A stretch of DNA of 64,000 bases from Candidatus Daviesbacteria bacterium (lineage in GTDB: Bacteria; Patescibacteriota; Microgenomatia; Daviesbacterales; UBA10151): the NCBI GenBank assembly GCA_028715175.1, contig JAQUSJ010000001.1:71760-135759 (forward strand). Direction: 5' to 3'. Shown here piece by piece: positions 18,870-28,161 of the stretch. Every line of letters begins with the position of its first letter. Position 1 is the first letter of the stretch. A program made the position numbers and the translations under genes. The notes under the pieces were generated by a model. That model was not told where the DNA came from. It saw only the letters and a program-made list of their open reading frames with translations, and ran no database searches.

Positions 18870-19418
18870 ATGAATAAAAGAGTAATTATTGTTCATGGTT
18901 GGGGTGGTAGTTCTCAAAACGGCTGGATCTCGTGGGCAAGGAAAAAGCTTGAGAAGAGATATGAAGTTTTGGTGCCGGATTTACCTGATACAAATTATCC
19001 GAAAATCGAGAAATGGGTTCCATATCTGGCGCAATTGATGAGTGAGGTTCGGGAAAGCGATATCTTGATTGGCCATAGTATGGGGTGCCAGACAATCATG
19101 CGTTTCCTGCAGGATTTACCAGAAGGCCAAAAGGTTGGAAGAGTAATATTAGTCGCAGGATTTGGCTCATTTCTTAAAGGATTAACTGAAGCAGAATGGC
19201 AGGTTGCTCGGTCTTGGATAGATACACCTCTCGATTTAAACAAAGTGAGAGATAAAGCAGATTCTTTTGTAGCTGTTTTCTCCGATAACGACCCATTTGT
19301 GCCGCTTGAAGAAAACAGAAAGATTTTTGAAACAAAATTAGGAGCCAGAATAATTATAGAAAAAGGACAAGGCCATTTTAATAAAAATACATTACCTATA
19401 CTTTTAGATTTAATTTAG
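18870..19418 (+). CDS. Alpha/beta hydrolase (RBBP9/YdeN-like serine hydrolase)
   Basis: 'ILIGHSMGC' nucleophile elbow (GxSxG) in a 182-aa protein. Confidence 0.55.
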   Translation: MNKRVIIVHGWGGSSQNGWISWARKKLEKRYEVLVPDLPDTNYPKIEKWVPYLAQLMSEVRESDILIGHSMGCQTIMRFLQDLPEGQKVGRVILVAGFGSFLKGLTEAEWQVARSWIDTPLDLNKVRDKADSFVAVFSDNDPFVPLEENRKIFETKLGARIIIEKGQGHFNKNTLPILLDLI

Positions 19419-20378
19419 AAGCGGTAGATTAATTAGCTGGACTTCGGGTTCTAAGGTGATGCCGAATTTTTCTTTGACTTTTTGGGCATATTGTTTTGCC
19501 AATTCACAGAAAGCTTTGGCAGTGCCGCCGCCTGTATTTATAAACAAATTAGCATGGTTCGGTGAAATTTCTATTCCGTCTAATAATTTCCCTTTAGCTC
19601 TGACTGCTTCAAGTAGTACTCCGGCTGGCAGTTTCCCGTAAACTATTTTTTCTGGCTGGATCCTATCCAAAATATCTTTTGGTAAAGTTTCTGCCACAAT
19701 ATTTTTGAAAAAAGACCCAGGGCATTTTATGCCGGGAGGGTATTTAACCAGCCTTTTTGCAAGGATCTCTTTAACTTCCTGTTGCAAGGCTTCCGGATCG
19801 CCACTTTCCAGCTTGAAAGTAACTTCCAGAATAATGTCATGGTTTTGTTTGAAGATACTATCCCGATAATTAAACTGACATTCTTCTTTTGAAAGAGTAG
19901 TTATATTCTTCGCTTCACTCAGAATGACAACAGAGATAATATGATCGGAAATTGTTTGGCCATAAGCTCCGGCATTTCCATAAACTGCTCCGCCAACAGT
20001 ACCCGGAATCCCGGTGAGTTTTTGCAGTCCAGAAAACTCATTTTCGATGGTGTAATCAACAAAATCCTGCAAAAGAGTGCCACTTTTAACACTCAACATC
20101 ACACCTCCGAGGTGTAACAGCATTTCTTCACCTCGGAGGTGAGTTTCTTCTATGCCGGAAACCTCATTTTTAATAACCAAACAATCTATTCCTTCATCAG
20201 AAACTAATAAGTTGCTGCCGCCGCCAATTATCAGATAAGACATTAATTGATCTTTGGCATATTTTATGGCTTCTATTAATTCTTCCTCTGTTTTAACCTT
20301 GACAAATTTTTTGGCAGGGCCACCAATTTGTAAGGTGGTTATTTGACTCATTGGATAGTTATCCTTAAATTTAAGCAT
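19410..20378 (-). CDS. murB: UDP-N-acetylenolpyruvoylglucosamine reductase
   Basis: FAD-binding 'LQIGGPAKKF...IIGGGSNLL' N-terminus and the MurB C-terminal domain. Confidence 0.85.
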   Translation of the reverse strand: MLKFKDNYPMSQITTLQIGGPAKKFVKVKTEEELIEAIKYAKDQLMSYLIIGGGSNLLVSDEGIDCLVIKNEVSGIEETHLRGEEMLLHLGGVMLSVKSGTLLQDFVDYTIENEFSGLQKLTGIPGTVGGAVYGNAGAYGQTISDHIISVVILSEAKNITTLSKEECQFNYRDSIFKQNHDIILEVTFKLESGDPEALQQEVKEILAKRLVKYPPGIKCPGSFFKNIVAETLPKDILDRIQPEKIVYGKLPAGVLLEAVRAKGKLLDGIEISPNHANLFINTGGGTAKAFCELAKQYAQKVKEKFGITLEPEVQLINLPLLN

Positions 20379-20414
20379 AGGGCAATATTATACATTTTGT
20401 GATAAATTAGCACC

Positions 20415-21374
20415 ATGGAAAAGGCTATTCTAAAAACCCTCGCTTATGCGGATATTTTTGATTATCCGCTAAACACATATGAGCTTCATAAATGGTTAAT
20501 TGGCAAAAAATTGACATTAAGACAGGTAGAAAAAGCGCTGAAGAAATTGTATCAAGTATCTGGTATCAAGTATAAAGGAGAGTACTATTTTTTACCCCGA
20601 AGAAATAAATTAACGGCGAAAAGACGGCGAAGAGAAAAACAGTCTGCTATTTATTTCAGAAAGGCAAAAATTCTTTCTCAGGCTTTAAAGCTTATTCCTT
20701 GGATCAAGCTGGTAGGTGTATCCGGGGCTTTGGCTGTGGGAAACGCCGGAAAGAGCGACGATATAGATTTGTTAATTATTACAAGTAAAAATCGGTTATG
20801 GATTAGTAGGTTACTAGCATTAGGACTGCTGTCTTTGATAGGACGACGGAGAAAAGTTGGGGAAAAAGGCAGAAAAATTGCCGGAAAACTTTGTATTAAC
20901 ATTTTACTCGAAGAGGATAGATTGGAGCAACAAAGTAAAGATATCTTTGTCGCACATGAAGTATTACAAATGAAGGTTTTATGGCAAAGGGATGGAGTAT
21001 ATTCTAAATATCTAGAGGATAATGAATGGGCTTTTAAATTTTTACCAAACTGGATTGGTGTTATGGTAGCTCGTCGCGGCGCAAAAAAACGTTCGCACGG
21101 TAGAGACTTGCTCACTTGTGAGAATTTTGTGGAAGACCGTTATCTTCAGTCATTAAGAAAATCAGCCCAAAATCTTCAACATTTTTTGACTGCTCGTGAC
21201 TTCGCTACCCTTATTGTTAATTATTTGGAAGATTTTGCGAAAAGATGGCAGCTTAAGATTATGAAACAGCCGCAGGGTATGGAGCGGATAGAAGATGGGG
21301 CGCTATATTTTCATCCCAACGATTGCAGGTTAAAAATTTTATCTAAATATAAATTAAAAGTAAGAGATCTTTAG
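20415..21374 (+). CDS. Nucleotidyltransferase-domain protein (Pol-beta-like NTase superfamily)
   Basis: 'GVSGALAVGNAGKSDDIDLLII' matches the minimal NTase motif G[SG]x9-13DxD. Confidence 0.4.
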   Translation: MEKAILKTLAYADIFDYPLNTYELHKWLIGKKLTLRQVEKALKKLYQVSGIKYKGEYYFLPRRNKLTAKRRRREKQSAIYFRKAKILSQALKLIPWIKLVGVSGALAVGNAGKSDDIDLLIITSKNRLWISRLLALGLLSLIGRRRKVGEKGRKIAGKLCINILLEEDRLEQQSKDIFVAHEVLQMKVLWQRDGVYSKYLEDNEWAFKFLPNWIGVMVARRGAKKRSHGRDLLTCENFVEDRYLQSLRKSAQNLQHFLTARDFATLIVNYLEDFAKRWQLKIMKQPQGMERIEDGALYFHPNDCRLKILSKYKLKVRDL

Positions 21375-21397
21375 CAACTCTTGACAAGTAGTGCTAG
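21371..21397 (+). promoter_or_regulatory. CIRCE-like inverted repeat (TTAGCAaCTC-N8-tAGTGCTAg) overlapping a TTGACA -35 box upstream of groES
   Basis: The TAGCA/TGCTA arms are read directly. The HrcA repressor gene is present in the window. Confidence 0.4.
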
Positions 21398-21478
21398 TTT
21401 TTGGTATAAACTTCTTTCAGAAGACTATAATCTAATCGATTAGAACTCTTTTCTAGTCTGCCCTCATTAAGATTTCAT

Positions 21479-21799
21479 ATGCCAAAATTAAAAAAGAGCA
21501 TGAGCGACAAAGTACGTATAAAACCATTAATGGGTTATTGTTTAGTTGAACCCAGTGAAGCAGAAATTAAAACCGCTTCCGGTATAATTCTTCCGGAGAG
21601 TGCCCAGGAAAAACCGGCCCAAGGGGTAGTTCTGTCTTGCGGGGATGAAATGATACTGGAAAACGGAAAAACCCTGAAGTGCCCGGTAAAAGTGGGGAAT
21701 AAAGTAGTTTATAAAAAATGGGGCGGAGATGAAATTAAAGTTGATGGTAAAGAGTTAAAACTAGTAAAATTCGACGACCTGATGGCAATTTTGGAATAA
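21479..21799 (+). CDS. groES: Co-chaperonin GroES
   Basis: 'IKPLMGYCLVEP...SGIILPESAQEKPAQGVV' Cpn10 signature. Confidence 0.85.
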   Translation: MPKLKKSMSDKVRIKPLMGYCLVEPSEAEIKTASGIILPESAQEKPAQGVVLSCGDEMILENGKTLKCPVKVGNKVVYKKWGGDEIKVDGKELKLVKFDDLMAILE

Positions 21800-21802
21800 A
21801 CT

Positions 21803-22306
21803 ATGGCAAATATAGCAGTAGAAACTAGAATAGAATTTGGAATTGATCCAACATCGGTTGCGCCTGGTTGTGTAACAACAGCCCCAGTTGAAGTCTGGAG
21901 GTATCATACGCCCTTGGCACGTTCAACAGATGGTGGGGTTTATTATTTACACAGATTAGCCGAAAACCTCCACGGTAGATATATTGGAGGATTCGAGGCA
22001 TATGAGCGACTGGTAAAAAGAGGTATAAAAAGAGATAGCAAGGATGGACTTGACGAGTATGTTCGAGAAGTGGGCAGGGCTTTTGTGAAATGGCAAGGGA
22101 TTTCAGACGACAGTATAGGATTGACAGATAGTTCAAAAGCTGCTTGCGTTCTGGGATTGGCAGCCGAAGTAGTTGATCCAGATGGAACTCCAACAATCAG
22201 GTATCTTAATCGATCAATTGGTGTTTGGAGCAGATTAAAACCGGAAGATACTGCGTTAGAATATAACAAGATAACACATAATTGGGAACCAGTAGCGATT
22301 GAGTAA
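21803..22306 (+). CDS. Hypothetical protein inserted between groES and groEL
   Basis: 167-aa ORF starting 4 nt after the groES stop and ending 11 nt before the groEL start. GC-richer composition. No motif recognised. Confidence 0.45.
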   Translation: MANIAVETRIEFGIDPTSVAPGCVTTAPVEVWRYHTPLARSTDGGVYYLHRLAENLHGRYIGGFEAYERLVKRGIKRDSKDGLDEYVREVGRAFVKWQGISDDSIGLTDSSKAACVLGLAAEVVDPDGTPTIRYLNRSIGVWSRLKPEDTALEYNKITHNWEPVAIE

Positions 22307-22317
22307 AAGGTAAATTT

Positions 22318-23958
22318 ATGGCTAAGATTTTAAAATTTAATTCAGAAGCAAGAGAAAAATTATTAAAGGGTATTAATACCTTAACTGAAGCTGTGGCTAC
22401 TACTTTAGGGCCTAAAGGTAGAAATGTGGCTTTGGATAAAAAATGGGGTGCTCCTAATGTGGTTCACGACGGAGTGACTGTGGCCAAAGAGATCGAGCTG
22501 GAGGATCCGTTTGAAAATATGGGAGCCCAGCTTATTAAAGAAGCAGCCAGCAAAACTTCCGATGTGGCTGGTGATGGTACTACCACTGCTACGATTTTGG
22601 CAAAAGCTATAGTCACTGAGGGTTTAAAAAATATCCAAGCAGGTTCAAATCCCATGATTTTAAAGCGCGGAGTTGAAAAAGCAGTTGTCACCTTAGTTGA
22701 GGAGCTTAAAAAAATGAGCAAGAAAATTTCCACCCAAGAAGAAGTTGCTCAAGTGGCTACGATTTCTGCCTCAGATACTCAAATAGGCAATCTTATAGCA
22801 GAAGCTCTGCAAAAAGTCGGCAAAGACGGGGTGGTGACGGTTGAGGAAGGTAAAACCATGGAAATGAATGTGGATTATAAAGAAGGAATGGAATTTGATA
22901 AAGGTTTTGTTTCCCCTTATTTTGTGACAGATACGGACAAAATGGAGTCATCCATCGAAGATGCCTATATTTTGATCACCGATAAAAAGATTTCTTCCGC
23001 ACAAGATTTGGTACCATTCCTGGAAAAATTTGTGGCTGTTTCCAAGAATCTGGTAATTATTGCTGATGAGGTAGAAGGTGAAGCTTTGGCCCTTTTGGTA
23101 GTTAATAAACTGCGCGGTACTTTCAATGTTTTGGCGGTGAAAGCCCCTGGTTTTGGCGACCGAAGAAAAGAAATGCTGGAAGATATAGCTATTTTAACAG
23201 GTGGAATGGTAATTTCTGAAGATACCGGCAAAAAGTTTGAATCAGTGGAGATTGATGAGCTAGGTCGGGCAGGCAGAGTGACCTCTGATAAAGACAATAC
23301 ATTGATTGTTGATGGTAAAGGGGCCAAGACCAAAATCGAAGCCAGAATCGCTGCTATCAGAAGAGAGCTTGCTGCCTCTGATTCGGAATTTGATAAAGAA
23401 AAACTGCAAGAAAGACTGGCTAAGCTAACAGGTGGGGTGGCAGTGATTAATGTGGGGGCTGCCACAGAAATTGAACTGAAAGAGAAAAAAGAAAGAGTGA
23501 TTGATGCAGTGGCAGCCACAAAGGCGGCAATTGAGGAAGGGATTGTGGCCGGAGGAGAGGTGGCGCTGCTTCGGGCTGGTAAAGCTTTGGACGAGATAAA
23601 TGTTGACGACTCTTCGGCAAGCTCAGGGCAAGAGGAAAAAGTCGGAGTGGCAATTGTCCGCAAAGCCCTGGAACAGCCATTCAGGATGTTAGTTAAAAAT
23701 GCCGGTATGGATGATGGAATAGCATTATCTAAAGTAGTTAGTGAAACCGGTAATATGGGTGTTGATGTTTTAGACGGGGAAATTAAAGATTTAGTGAAGG
23801 CTGGAATTATAGATCCTGTGAAAGTAACCCGCTCTGCCTTGCAGAATGCTGCATCTGTGGCAGTGATGGTCATGACCACTAATTGCCTTATCAGCGATAA
23901 ACCGGAGCCTCCAGTTCCAACTCCTCCAATGCCCCCCGGCGGGATGGGAGAATACTAA
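22318..23958 (+). CDS. groEL: Chaperonin GroEL
   Basis: '[22 protein letters not shown]', '[12 protein letters not shown]' and the C-terminal GGM tail. Confidence 0.95.
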   Translation: MAKILKFNSEAREKLLKGINTLTEAVATTLGPKGRNVALDKKWGAPNVVHDGVTVAKEIELEDPFENMGAQLIKEAASKTSDVAGDGTTTATILAKAIVTEGLKNIQAGSNPMILKRGVEKAVVTLVEELKKMSKKISTQEEVAQVATISASDTQIGNLIAEALQKVGKDGVVTVEEGKTMEMNVDYKEGMEFDKGFVSPYFVTDTDKMESSIEDAYILITDKKISSAQDLVPFLEKFVAVSKNLVIIADEVEGEALALLVVNKLRGTFNVLAVKAPGFGDRRKEMLEDIAILTGGMVISEDTGKKFESVEIDELGRAGRVTSDKDNTLIVDGKGAKTKIEARIAAIRRELAASDSEFDKEKLQERLAKLTGGVAVINVGAATEIELKEKKERVIDAVAATKAAIEEGIVAGGEVALLRAGKALDEINVDDSSASSGQEEKVGVAIVRKALEQPFRMLVKNAGMDDGIALSKVVSETGNMGVDVLDGEIKDLVKAGIIDPVKVTRSALQNAASVAVMVMTTNCLISDKPEPPVPTPPMPPGGMGEY

Positions 23959-24001
23959 AAACTCTTCCAGTTAGACGAACATATCAAGCAGATGTATTTC
24001 T

Positions 24002-24997
24002 TTACTGCATGGTTGGGGGTCGATGCATGTTATCTATACCTGAAGCAAAGTTCTGAAAGTTTTGGCTAGAGGATCTATCAAATAACCTATCATTTCTTAT
24101 TGCCCTTGCTTCCTCTGGATCTTTACCGTCGTAAATGCTAAATGGTAAATATTCTACTTCTGGATAAGGAAATTGGCCTTCTGCGATGACCCGTAGCTGT
24201 TCTGGACTAACTGAGTTAACAGAAATATATCTACCTCCCCAAACTAAATCTTTCCATTTTGCAACATTTCCATCTAAATAATAGCCCTTTTCGTACCTGA
24301 AAACTCTGTCGCCTAATCCTTGAGGAAAAAGTCTTATTCGGACAATTCCGGGAATGGTGTGTTCTTGCTGCGACAAATCTGTAGCTAATAATGAAGCTTG
24401 TCTTTGTAATTCTGGTGTAGCGAACTCTGCTTGGACAGGATAAGGTTCTTCAAAAGTTATTGATCCGAACTGTACTTTTGTCTCTCTGAAACTGACAGTG
24501 GGGGTAAACGGAGTTACAGCCCAAGAGACATCTGCAAAGATTTCTGGGCGGAACATTGTTTTAAGAATTAGATTATACGCATCTGCAAATTGTTCTAGAG
24601 CTTTGAACAAACCTGGTCTTAGATAAGCTCTTTCCCAAGCTGCAGCATTAAGTAAATCTACTACCTCATGGTCTTCAGGGGGTTCAACTATAAGAGCAGC
24701 TGCTGGCTCAACGAAAAAATCACGTATACTTACAAATCTTTGGAATTCTATTCCGGGTTGAAGAAGGGTAAATTGACCAACTACTATGATACTGGGATTC
24801 TTTTTTAGTTCAGTCTCTATTCTGTCACCTAGAAATCTTCGTGGTAAACTTTCAAAGCTAAAACTTGTTGGATTTTGTGGGTTATCTTCTTTTCCTGTCA
24901 TAAATGATTTAGATAGCAGGGATATTATAGTGTTTTCAAGATAAAAGCAACTAATTTTGCTGTCAAAGGGTAGTTTTGATTGAATTTGATGGGCCAA
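24002..24997 (-). CDS. Hypothetical protein (331 aa), mildly GC-atypical
   Basis: Long ORF without recognisable motifs. Confidence 0.35.
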   Translation of the reverse strand: MAHQIQSKLPFDSKISCFYLENTIISLLSKSFMTGKEDNPQNPTSFSFESLPRRFLGDRIETELKKNPSIIVVGQFTLLQPGIEFQRFVSIRDFFVEPAAALIVEPPEDHEVVDLLNAAAWERAYLRPGLFKALEQFADAYNLILKTMFRPEIFADVSWAVTPFTPTVSFRETKVQFGSITFEEPYPVQAEFATPELQRQASLLATDLSQQEHTIPGIVRIRLFPQGLGDRVFRYEKGYYLDGNVAKWKDLVWGGRYISVNSVSPEQLRVIAEGQFPYPEVEYLPFSIYDGKDPEEARAIRNDRLFDRSSSQNFQNFASGIDNMHRPPTMQ

Positions 24998-25028
24998 TAG
25001 AAAGGCAAGTTGTGCTAAACTTTACTTA

Positions 25029-25622
25029 ATGGTTAAGTTTCATTACCGCGAGTCTCCTACCGAAAAGCAAAAAAAGGCTTTCAGAAAATATTTATCTGAA
25101 GATGAAGAATTGGTTTTGGTAACCAGTCTATCTAAAGCTTATATAAGATCTAAGTTTATACTTAACTTACTTTTCCCGGGAATGCTATTTTTGGGGCTTG
25201 GTTTAGGGGTAGGATGGTTTTTTAATATTGGCAGAATTTGGGCCCTTGTTTTGGGATTAGGATTTATGTTTTTATCAGCCATACTTAAAACGATGCATGT
25301 TTATCATGCCAACAGATATTTGTTAACCACCAGAAGAGTCATTATTAAAAAAGGGTTATTCTCTGTTAAGCTGACTGCCGCACTTTTTGATAAAATTACC
25401 AATCTAGTGGTAGACCAATCGATTATTGACAGGTTGCTTTTACATCACGGTACCATTGTTGTAAATACAGCCGGAGTCAGCAAAGGAGAAATAATATTGA
25501 AATATGTGGATTCGCCTATGGAACTCAAAAATTTACTTGAAAGGTTAATTAACCGTGAAAGGGAACAATTTGGACTAAGGGGAGCTAGCTTAACAGAAGT
25601 GGAAGGAGAGATTATTACGTAG
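25029..25622 (+). CDS. Bacterial PH-domain (YdbS/YdbT-like) membrane protein
   Basis: Two TM helices followed by a bPH_2-like domain ('LLTTRRVIIKKGLFS'). Its last 26 codons lie in direct repeat A. Confidence 0.5.
   Translation: MVKFHYRESPTEKQKKAFRKYLSEDEELVLVTSLSKAYIRSKFILNLLFPGMLFLGLGLGVGWFFNIGRIWALVLGLGFMFLSAILKTMHVYHANRYLLTTRRVIIKKGLFSVKLTAALFDKITNLVVDQSIIDRLLLHHGTIVVNTAGVSKGEIILKYVDSPMELKNLLERLINREREQFGLRGASLTEVEGEIIT
25539..25616. repeat. Direct repeat A (the actual 3' end of the PH-domain gene)
   Basis: Aligned by eye with 30223-30300. Confidence 0.85.
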
Positions 25623-26472
25623 TATTAGTTTTATTTTTCTGTGCTGTAAGTATGTAATATCCCGCTTTTCCTTTTCTAAGTAACCTTTGTAAGCCAGCAA
25701 GCAGTGTTTCTATGTCTTGATGCGAACTTTCTGCATCTAAACTTTGTCCATTGGGTGAGGAATCATGATAATCTACTGGAGAGACAACATTTTCAGTTAT
25801 ATTTCTAGGATTTATACATGAAAAGCCATTTGCTAATAGAAGAGCAACTAATTCTTGTATATGAGTAATATTAGGAATATGCATGTGTGTTTTGAGCTCT
25901 GCTATGATGTCGACTTCTTCTTTTGTTAATGTATGTGGATGCATAAATATATCTGCTATTGTTATTATGCCTTTAGATTTCAAGATTCTACTTGATTCTT
26001 GTATTAAGCCTGTTTTGTCTTGAGAGTGAATAAAACTCTCACAAAAAATTATTCTATCGAAAGTTCCACTTCGAAAAGCAAGATGTTCATAGTCTTGGAT
26101 AGAGAATATAGGGCAAAACGAGTCATCTCGATCTTCATATTGACTTGCGAGATGGATATGATTTCTTGATATGTCTATCCCGTATACCCCTGCTTTTGGC
26201 TCAATGTGTTTAATTTCGAATGCTAAGGTCCCTACGCCACATCCTGCATCTAAGATGACTTGTCCAGATTTTATTTCGCTTAGTTCAATAATTCTCCGAG
26301 ACATTTGTAAAGCTGAAATGGAGTTATCTAAAGGTTCACCCCAGTCTTGTTGGTAGCCGATATGCATAGCATAAAGTCCTATTCTCTTTGGATCAGGTGA
26401 CCACTTTAAAAAAATAGGGGCTGTTTGTCTATAGAAAGTTTCTATCTCTTGACGCCTTTCATTATTAGCCAT
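25615..26472 (-). CDS. Class I SAM-dependent methyltransferase (candidate tailoring enzyme of the RiPP cluster)
   Basis: 'VILDAGCGVGTLA' motif I. Its stop overlaps the PH-domain gene stop by 8 nt. Confidence 0.7.
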   Translation of the reverse strand: MANNERRQEIETFYRQTAPIFLKWSPDPKRIGLYAMHIGYQQDWGEPLDNSISALQMSRRIIELSEIKSGQVILDAGCGVGTLAFEIKHIEPKAGVYGIDISRNHIHLASQYEDRDDSFCPIFSIQDYEHLAFRSGTFDRIIFCESFIHSQDKTGLIQESSRILKSKGIITIADIFMHPHTLTKEEVDIIAELKTHMHIPNITHIQELVALLLANGFSCINPRNITENVVSPVDYHDSSPNGQSLDAESSHQDIETLLAGLQRLLRKGKAGYYILTAQKNKTNTT

Positions 26473-26602
26473 AACTCAGACAGTATTTTATCACAGATAA
26501 TATTTACTATGGGCGATATTAATATCTTGTTTTGATAATCAGATTATGGTATAGACTTAGTAATGAATAGATTAATTCTTTTACGAAAGGAGGTGAAATA
26601 AT

Positions 26603-26788
26603 ATGAGTCATCATCCAGAACAATCAGAACAGTTGAGACGCAGTATGGCAGATGCAAAAGAATTTCGGGCTACTCAAGGCGTCAAAGGGACAAGAGCTTT
26701 TTTGTGTATGCCTCAACCTTGCGCACCGCCGCCACATCCACCGCCTTGTAAACCACCATGCTCTCCTTGCGTGGGACAGATTAAGTAG
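26603..26788 (+). CDS. RiPP precursor peptide (TOMM/LAP-like): leader plus a Cys/Pro-rich core 'FLCMPQPCAPPPHPPPCKPPCSPCVGQIK'
   Basis: 61 aa. Strong SD 'AAAGGAGGTGA' 7 nt upstream. It lies directly upstream of the YcaO gene. The C-terminal 28 residues carry six Cys. Confidence 0.65.
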   Translation: MSHHPEQSEQLRRSMADAKEFRATQGVKGTRAFLCMPQPCAPPPHPPPCKPPCSPCVGQIK

Positions 26789-26856
26789 TAAAAGGTTTTT
26801 GCAAGAAGGGGCTGAAACATATTTTGTATAATTAATTATCCTGCCGAGTGTAGAAT

Positions 26857-28161
26857 ATGAATATAAATGGTTTCTTTCAGAGGATAAGTAGGTTTGTATT
26901 GAATAATCCTAAAATTGTAAAGAGTTTCTACAAGACGCCGAATTATAATGATGAGCCTCAGCTGTATCAGTATTCTTCGCAATTTATAGATGGTAATTCG
27001 TTAAGAGTGTCAATGGATTCGATAGCTTCGGGAACATCATTTGACAAGAATAGCGCATTATTGAAACTATTGGGAGAAACAGTAGAAAGATATTCTCTTA
27101 GTATATACGATAATAGTAAATTAATTTATAGAAGTTTCCGTGAGCTAGTTTGTAAAAATAAAAATGCTTTAAATCCAACTGGACTAGCATTACTACCTCA
27201 ATTCTTCAAAGAGAACAAGAAAGAAGCCCTCTATGATATCAAATTTTACTGGGTTATAGGTAAGTCTTTAGTTACTAATAAGAATATATTGGTTCCTGCT
27301 CAACTTATTTTTGTTCCATATTCCCATTCTAAATCTGAGCCTATTCTTCAAACGCCGATATCAACAGGAGCTGCAGCAGGAGAGGCGATTTACGATGCGC
27401 TCTATAGAGGTATTTGTGAAGTTATAGAACGGGATTCTTTTATGATCCATTATTACAATAAAATAAGCTCTCCTAGAATTAATCCTTACTCTTTAAGAAG
27501 TAAGAAAATCTCAAAAATAATCAGAATATTTGAAAGGTATAATTTAGAATTATGTGTTAACGATATAACAACTGATATTGGTGTTCCTGCTGTTATAGCT
27601 ACTGTTATCGATAAAACTGGTCTGGGACCTGCTATTTGTGTTGGACTTAAGGCGGGATTTGATATGAACCAAAATGTGATTGGTGCTACTGAGGAGACTC
27701 TTATGGTTCGTTCATGGATTCGGGATGAATATATGTATTTGAAGCCTAAACATAGTTCTCCTAGGATAATTAGTACTATAGAAGAAAGAGCAAATTTCTG
27801 GTGTCCTACAAGTACAATTCATTATTTGGATTTCTGGTTAAGCACGAGAAATAACGGAGGTTCTTATAAATTATGCAAATTTAGGCGAAGTTCTTACAAA
27901 GAAAAGGTTATGGAATTGATAAGAATATTGAAATCGAAAGGGCTTGACATTATTTATATTGATATAACTGCTCCCGAAATACGTAAGTATAATGTAAAGG
28001 TGGTTAAAGTGATAATACCTCAGTTGCAGCCGGTACATTTAGATGAAAGATATCCATATCTTACTTTTCAAAGATTGTATAATGCGCCCGTAAATATGGG
28101 AATTTTAGGAAGACCTAAGACATTTGAAGAACTTAATAGTATTCCTCATCCATTTTTATGA
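26857..28161 (+). CDS. YcaO-domain cyclodehydratase
   Basis: 'SGTSFDKNSALLKLLGETVERYS' is the YcaO ATP-binding motif. 'STGAAAGEAIYDALYRGICEVIERDS' is the second conserved YcaO block. Confidence 0.8.
   Translation: MNINGFFQRISRFVLNNPKIVKSFYKTPNYNDEPQLYQYSSQFIDGNSLRVSMDSIASGTSFDKNSALLKLLGETVERYSLSIYDNSKLIYRSFRELVCKNKNALNPTGLALLPQFFKENKKEALYDIKFYWVIGKSLVTNKNILVPAQLIFVPYSHSKSEPILQTPISTGAAAGEAIYDALYRGICEVIERDSFMIHYYNKISSPRINPYSLRSKKISKIIRIFERYNLELCVNDITTDIGVPAVIATVIDKTGLGPAICVGLKAGFDMNQNVIGATEETLMVRSWIRDEYMYLKPKHSSPRIISTIEERANFWCPTSTIHYLDFWLSTRNNGGSYKLCKFRRSSYKEKVMELIRILKSKGLDIIYIDITAPEIRKYNVKVVKVIIPQLQPVHLDERYPYLTFQRLYNAPVNMGILGRPKTFEELNSIPHPFL

Noticed and set aside
22628-22645. tRNA T-arm-like 'aggttcaaatccca'
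   Set aside because: It lies in frame inside groEL (encodes AGSNPM). No acceptor or anticodon arms were found around it, and no other tRNA-like structures were found in the window.
22965-23879. 304-aa Ser/Thr/Ala-rich ORF on the minus strand
   Set aside because: It is antisense to groEL. Its low-complexity composition is what a GC/AT-skewed antisense frame of a highly expressed gene produces. The same holds for other antisense ORFs, for example 5654-6034 inside the rplY tail, 26171-26356 inside the methyltransferase and 39668-40315 inside sbcC.
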